Source: Eubacteriales bacterium (lineage in GTDB: Bacteria > Bacillota > Clostridia > Oscillospirales > CAG-272). Taken from it: a stretch of DNA of 64,000 bases. Positions 59,589 to 64,000 of the stretch are shown here, in pieces (position 1 is the first letter of the stretch; every line of letters starts with the position of its first letter). A model generated the notes under the pieces. It did not search any database, was not told the DNA's origin, and saw nothing but the letters and a program-made list of their open reading frames with translations. A program made the translations under genes and the position numbers. The DNA lies in contig JAZOSS010000057.1 in assembly GCA_045657205.1 (NCBI GenBank), positions 2,666 through 66,665 on the forward strand, in the 5' to 3' direction.

Positions 59589-60704
59589 TCAAAGCAGAGC
59601 TTTATTCATAAGCGGAAGAGCTTTGAACGATGTAATATCGAACACGGATACGTTTTCAACGTCTATCTTTGAAAAAAGTTCTTTTTTCTTGATTTTTATT
59701 ATTTCCGAATCAAGCTCGGAGAAGAAATTTTTATTTATTTCTTTTTCATAGCCCTTGTCATCAAGGGCGTATTTTTTTATTATGTGTATTCCGTAAGCAC
59801 TTTCGACGGTGCGTACTTCCCCTTCCTTCATATCGAAGGAAGCGTTAAGGAAGTTTTCTTCGTACGCTGAATCCTTCGTAAGGAAATAACCGTCGGTATA
59901 GTACGTCATTCCGTCGTCTTCGTTATACTTTTCGATAAGCTTTTCAAAATCGTCACCTGATTGAGCCTTGTCGTATATTTCCTTTGCAAGTGCTTTTTTT
60001 TCTTCCTTTTCTTTATCGGTGAGCTTTTCCGTTTTGTAATAACCGGTAGACGTGTCAACGATGCGTTCGCCGTCTTCGTCAAGCACGTATTTATCAACCG
60101 TGTTTACAAGCACGTGCTTTACTCTTACGTAATTTTCTTTATAATACTCTTCTCTTTCGTCCTCTGTCACTTTATGCGTGCCGTTTTCGCCGAAAAGATA
60201 GTCTTCAACCATTGATTTTTTTATTTCGAGCTCGTATATTTTTGAAAGAGCTTTTACGTTGAGCTTGTACTTTGCAAGCTCCGTATTGAGTGCCGAGCGT
60301 GAGCCTATTTCCTTTATATCGTCATCAATAAACGAATCGACCGATTCCTTTATCTGCTCTTCTGCTCCCTCTATATCACCCAAAGAATTTTCGTTATATA
60401 TATGAAGATACGCAACAAGCTCCGTTATATACTCCTCTGCCTGTACTTTCGTAAGCTCGTAAAGAGTCTTGCCGTCCACGTCCGTATCCCAGAAGTCTTC
60501 CGTGTACGTTTCAGCACTTACACTTCCGTAGCCGATGAACGTATTTAAAAATTTCGTTTTGTAGTACGCCATCCAATACGCGTACTGCTTCTGCGTTACA
60601 CCGACGTCGTTACAAAAAACGACGTTTTGTGCCTCTTTTTCACCGCAAGAGCAAAGGCAGAGCAAAAAAGCTATGGCAATGAATACCGAAAAAAGTTTTT
60701 TCAT
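59589..60704 (-). CDS. PrsA/SurA-like lipoprotein with a parvulin-type PPIase domain
   Basis: 371 aa with lipobox LCLCSC. Parvulin-like segments are VRVKHVLV ... GYF ... YGIHIIKK. Confidence 0.75.
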   Translation of the reverse strand: MKKLFSVFIAIAFLLCLCSCGEKEAQNVVFCNDVGVTQKQYAYWMAYYKTKFLNTFIGYGSVSAETYTEDFWDTDVDGKTLYELTKVQAEEYITELVAYLHIYNENSLGDIEGAEEQIKESVDSFIDDDIKEIGSRSALNTELAKYKLNVKALSKIYELEIKKSMVEDYLFGENGTHKVTEDEREEYYKENYVRVKHVLVNTVDKYVLDEDGERIVDTSTGYYKTEKLTDKEKEEKKALAKEIYDKAQSGDDFEKLIEKYNEDDGMTYYTDGYFLTKDSAYEENFLNASFDMKEGEVRTVESAYGIHIIKKYALDDKGYEKEINKNFFSELDSEIIKIKKKELFSKIDVENVSVFDITSFKALPLMNKALL

Positions 60705-60719
60705 ATGTTTCTCCGTTTA

Positions 60720-61850
60720 TCAGAACAGGTACGTCCAGGATTCGCTGTATATTACCTCGTCGATGGGGTATTTGCTTATGACCTTGTCGTTTACGGATAT
60801 CTTGTCAAAATAGCTCATAAGCTTCTTTTTGAGCTTTTCTTCTTCGACAAGCTCATTGAAATTGACAAAATCGTCTTTGTTTTCCGTATGGTCGTAGCCG
60901 TTTTCATCAAGCTCGATACGGCTTATAAGATGCAAGCCGTAATCTGATTTTATAAGTCGGTATTCACCGATCTGCATATCCTTGACAGCGTTGAGAATAT
61001 CGGGGAAGTAATTGTCTTTTGACGTCGTGAGCTTGTTGAAATAGTGACCGTAGGGATATTTGTCGTATGAAAGCTCCTCTGTATATTCTATCAGAAGATC
61101 GTCAAAGTTCTCTCCGCTTTCGGCACGCTGCAAAAGCGACTGTGCGAGTGAAAATTTTTCCTCCCATCTTTCGTCGCTTATTTCTTCGGTAACGGCGTAT
61201 CCGTCCTTGTCAAACTTTATTTTCCCATTTTCGTCACGGACGAAATCGACGTCCATTATGTATATCTGCTTATAACGGCAGTAATTTTCATTGTAATATG
61301 CGTTTCTGTCCTCGGCGTTTACAACTTCCTTTCCGCTTTCACCGTACAGATAATCCTGTACCGCTTCCGCTTTTGCGTTTGAAAGGAATATCTCGTACAT
61401 ATCGTCAACGGTAAGACCAAGCTCTTTCATAAGCTCGTCTTTTTCAAATTCTTCCTCGCCGCCTATACCCAGAAGCAGACCGTCTATCATCGACTGAGCC
61501 TCCGTTTTTTTCGCATCCGTCAGGGTGAGATGATATTCATCAAACAAATATTCGGCAACGAGCTTCGTTTTTATAGCCGTCAATGTCACGTCCTGAAGAT
61601 AATCGGCAACGGTGACACCGTTTGACGATGAATTCCAGAATTCTTCCGTATCGTCCTCCCCGAAGGTGTATATCCAATACGGGCGGTAGCAGGACATATA
61701 GTAAGCAAATATCTCCTCTTCCATAGTGACGGAACCTATCTGCAAGGCGTAATCTCCGACCAACTTTTTTATTTTGGCGCACGATACGCAGGAAAAAAGC
61801 ATAACGGCAGAAAGTATGGTACAAACAGCTTTTATAATAATTTTCTTCAT
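60720..61850 (-). CDS. PrsA/SurA-like lipoprotein paralog (parvulin domain with a substituted first His)
   Basis: 376 aa with lipobox LFSCVSC. It is collinear with the neighbouring gene, but YKQIYI replaces VKHVLV. YGLHLISR is retained. Confidence 0.7.
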   Translation of the reverse strand: MKKIIIKAVCTILSAVMLFSCVSCAKIKKLVGDYALQIGSVTMEEEIFAYYMSCYRPYWIYTFGEDDTEEFWNSSSNGVTVADYLQDVTLTAIKTKLVAEYLFDEYHLTLTDAKKTEAQSMIDGLLLGIGGEEEFEKDELMKELGLTVDDMYEIFLSNAKAEAVQDYLYGESGKEVVNAEDRNAYYNENYCRYKQIYIMDVDFVRDENGKIKFDKDGYAVTEEISDERWEEKFSLAQSLLQRAESGENFDDLLIEYTEELSYDKYPYGHYFNKLTTSKDNYFPDILNAVKDMQIGEYRLIKSDYGLHLISRIELDENGYDHTENKDDFVNFNELVEEEKLKKKLMSYFDKISVNDKVISKYPIDEVIYSESWTYLF

Positions 61851-61974
61851 TTATGAAGCCTCCGGATCTGATTATAACTTTTTACATTATATCACATTAA
61901 AACAATTATTTCTATATATAGCTGATAATTTTTTTTGAACTGTTTAAATATGTGAAAACAACGAAAAAGTCGTA

Positions 61975-62003
61975 TTGACAAACATTTTTACCTGTGATAT
62001 ACT
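61975..62003 (+). promoter_or_regulatory. Sigma-A-type promoter with extended -10 for the glycosidase gene
   Basis: TTGACA (61975-61980), a 17-nt spacer, then TGaTATACT (-10 at 61998-62003). Confidence 0.65.
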
Positions 62004-62037
62004 TGAAGTACAATATTTGTAAATGAGGTACAGATCT

Positions 62038-63891
62038 ATGATAAAACCGCAGTTTTCGTTTTTATACGACGGTAAACCTTACGATCCCGAGGTAAACAAG
62101 GATATAAAAACAACGCTTGAAGTTAAAAAATACGATGAATTTGACGCTGTTGAATGGACAGTCTGGTACGAAAACGTATCTGACAAAAACAGCGGCACGC
62201 TTTCCGAAATAAAGGATATCGACGCCGTTCTTACTCTGCCCGAATACGTTCACGAATTTATGGGAAACAGATACACAGAGGAAGCACCGAAGGTCATCTG
62301 GACACAGGGACTCGTTGAGGGTGAAGCATATTCGTACGACGATGCACGTTCTGCCGAAGAATTTTCATATCACACAAAGTATTTCTTCAACAAGGGCGTT
62401 ACGTACAGCTTTGAAAACGGTGAGGGCAGATGCTCTGACGAGGTTATGCCGTTTTTCGAGGTCGCTTGCAAAAACGCAGGTTATATCGTCGCACTCGGCT
62501 GGACGGGAAGCTGGATCGCAACGCTTTCAAAGGAAGATGAAGGCATCCGCTTCAAGGCAGGTCTTCACTATGCGGAATACTATCTCAAGCCCGGTGAAAA
62601 GGTAAGAGGTGCGTCCGTTCTCGTTATGCAGTATTCCGAAAATGACGATCAGTATAACAAATTCCGTGATCTTATGTGGCAGCAGTACACGCCCAAATGT
62701 CTTACGAAGGAAAACCCCGGACTTCTTGCAAACCTTTTCTGGGGAAGCCTTCCCAGCGACGAGATGATAAACCGCATAAAGCGTTTCCGCGAAAACGGTG
62801 TTGAGTTCGATCAGTACTGGATAGATGCGGCTTGGAACGGTAAAAAGGCAAAGAGTGACTGCAACTTCGACAGTATCTGGGCTGACGAAGTAGGCGACTG
62901 GGAAGTAAAGCCCGACGCTCACCCCGATAAATTCCTTGACGTCGTTGCCGAAGCGAAAAAGAGCAACGCAGGCTTTATGCTTTGGTTTGATACGGAAAAG
63001 GCGGCTAAGGTCGCACCGATAGCATCCGAACACCCCGAATATTTCATAGACGCGGGCGAAAGCTATCTGCTTGCAAACTTCGCAAAGAAAGAAGTAAGAG
63101 ATTATTATTACAATATACTCAGAGAGCATATAAAAACGCTCGACATCCGTTGCTACAGACAGGACTTCAACTGCACACCCGATATTTTCTGGAAAGCAGC
63201 TGACGAAGAAGGCAGACGCGGTATTACGGAAATATACCACATTCTCGGTATGTACGAGCTGTGGGATAAGCTCATTGCGGAATTCCCCCACCTTATAATC
63301 GACAACTGTGCATCGGGCGGAAGAAGAATAGATATAGAAACCCTGAAGCGTTCGCTTATGCTTTACAAAACGGACTATCAGTGCATATTCAACCCCAACC
63401 CCGACGTAACGAACGTACACAACACAAACGCATCCCGTCTTTTCCCCGTTACGGGTTGTTCAACGAAAAGAAAGATGGATACGTATGCGGCAAGAAGCAC
63501 GTATTCGGCAACGTGGGGCATAGGCTCGTATGCAACTATCTTCCACTCCATGTCGGATGAAGAAATGAAATGGCTTTCGGGTGTCGTTAAAGAATTCAGA
63601 TCCATCCGCAGATTCTTCCCCTGCCACTTCCACAACTTCGGTTCTGACAGTCTCGACCTTACTTCATGGGTGATCTGGCAGTACCACGACGTTGAAACGA
63701 ACGAAGGAATGATAATGGCGTTCAGACGTGAAAAATCTCCCTGCTGTACGGCAAAAATATCCCTTAAAGAGCTTGACGGCGAATACACCTTCACAAGCCT
63801 TGACACGGGCGCATCATTTGTCGGCGGAGCAGATCTTACAATAGAACTTCCCGAACAGTATTCCTCAACTATCATTACGTATAAGAAATAA
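62038..63891 (+). CDS. Clan GH-D glycoside hydrolase, alpha-galactosidase-like (GH36-like)
   Basis: About 617 aa from ATG 62038 (MIKPQFSFLYDGKPY). CYRQDFN and IIDNCASGGRRIDIE resemble the catalytic-barrel motifs of GH36/GH27 enzymes. There is no signal peptide. Confidence 0.65.
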   Translation: MIKPQFSFLYDGKPYDPEVNKDIKTTLEVKKYDEFDAVEWTVWYENVSDKNSGTLSEIKDIDAVLTLPEYVHEFMGNRYTEEAPKVIWTQGLVEGEAYSYDDARSAEEFSYHTKYFFNKGVTYSFENGEGRCSDEVMPFFEVACKNAGYIVALGWTGSWIATLSKEDEGIRFKAGLHYAEYYLKPGEKVRGASVLVMQYSENDDQYNKFRDLMWQQYTPKCLTKENPGLLANLFWGSLPSDEMINRIKRFRENGVEFDQYWIDAAWNGKKAKSDCNFDSIWADEVGDWEVKPDAHPDKFLDVVAEAKKSNAGFMLWFDTEKAAKVAPIASEHPEYFIDAGESYLLANFAKKEVRDYYYNILREHIKTLDIRCYRQDFNCTPDIFWKAADEEGRRGITEIYHILGMYELWDKLIAEFPHLIIDNCASGGRRIDIETLKRSLMLYKTDYQCIFNPNPDVTNVHNTNASRLFPVTGCSTKRKMDTYAARSTYSATWGIGSYATIFHSMSDEEMKWLSGVVKEFRSIRRFFPCHFHNFGSDSLDLTSWVIWQYHDVETNEGMIMAFRREKSPCCTAKISLKELDGEYTFTSLDTGASFVGGADLTIELPEQYSSTIITYKK

Positions 63892-63905
63892 TCAAATAGT
63901 CATAA

Positions 63906-63998
63906 CCACCGGCTAAGCCGGTGGCTTGCTCAGCCCTATAAGGGCATGTTACTGGCGGGGCTGAAAGCCCACCGAAAGATCTGCCAACCGCAAGCGGT
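63906..63998. repeat. Cluster of four short GC-rich hairpins, cut by the window end
   Basis: CCACCGGC-TAA-GCCGGTGG (63906-63924), GCCC-TATAA-GGGC (63933-63945), GGGC-TGAAA-GCCC (63958-63970) and ACCG-CAAG-CGGT (63987-63998). Confidence 0.7.
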
Positions 63999-64000
63999 CT

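Noticed and set aside
63903-64000. Cobalamin or c-di-GMP riboswitch. The minus strand contains GGTGGGCTTTCAGCCCCGCCAGTAA, vaguely like the GGUG...CCCGCCACUG core.
   Set aside because: The B12 box and other conserved elements are missing. There is no downstream gene in the right orientation, and the similarity is limited to a few GC-rich nucleotides.

Overview
The window looks like a chromosomal segment of a spore-forming Clostridia-type Firmicute. This is inferred from gene content (gpr, spoIIP, a GerA/SpoVAF-family gene, CIRCE-groESL, T-box leaders) and AT-rich intergenic DNA with sigma-A promoters.

Most of it is housekeeping:
- smc, a radical-SAM gene, rnc, trmFO, topA, dprA and a TrmH-family methylase (1-9.4 kb)
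- an ABC-F ATPase
- a glycerol-phosphate wall-polymer cluster (tagD, a tagF-like gene, GT2, GT4)
- gpr-spoIIP, dapA and queA
- a MarR-regulated heterodimeric ABC exporter
- groESL, htpG and rarA
- a Trp T-box operon
- the rpmH-rnpA-yidD-yidC-jag cluster
- a T-box-controlled thrS, mgsA, two PrsA-like lipoproteins and a GH36-like glycosidase

I saw no rRNA, tRNA, CRISPR array, transposase, integrase or reverse transcriptase.

No single locus stands out as a new system. The items I would look at again are:
1. An isolated, self-promoted phage tail-fibre-like plus CBM5/12 gene pair (23.9-25.8 kb) flanked by unusual hairpin repeats.
2. An EndoA/MazF toxin gene with no antitoxin ORF. It is coupled to a lone GerA/SpoVAF-family gene and sits beside a complete dinJ-yafQ pair (28.0-30.6 kb).
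3. A roughly 330-nt hairpin-dense non-coding stretch upstream of gpr (18.55-18.91 kb).
4. A Trp T-box operon carrying trpB, an IMPase-HAD fusion phosphatase and yitT.
5. A T-box whose first gene is an unknown membrane protein ahead of thrS.
6. A 75-aa gene that is little more than a signal peptide plus an NPHTG sortase-type sorting signal.

Several ORF-track N-termini were shortened because the extensions cover consensus promoters or T-box leaders. All functional calls rest on motif recognition from memory. No database search was run.
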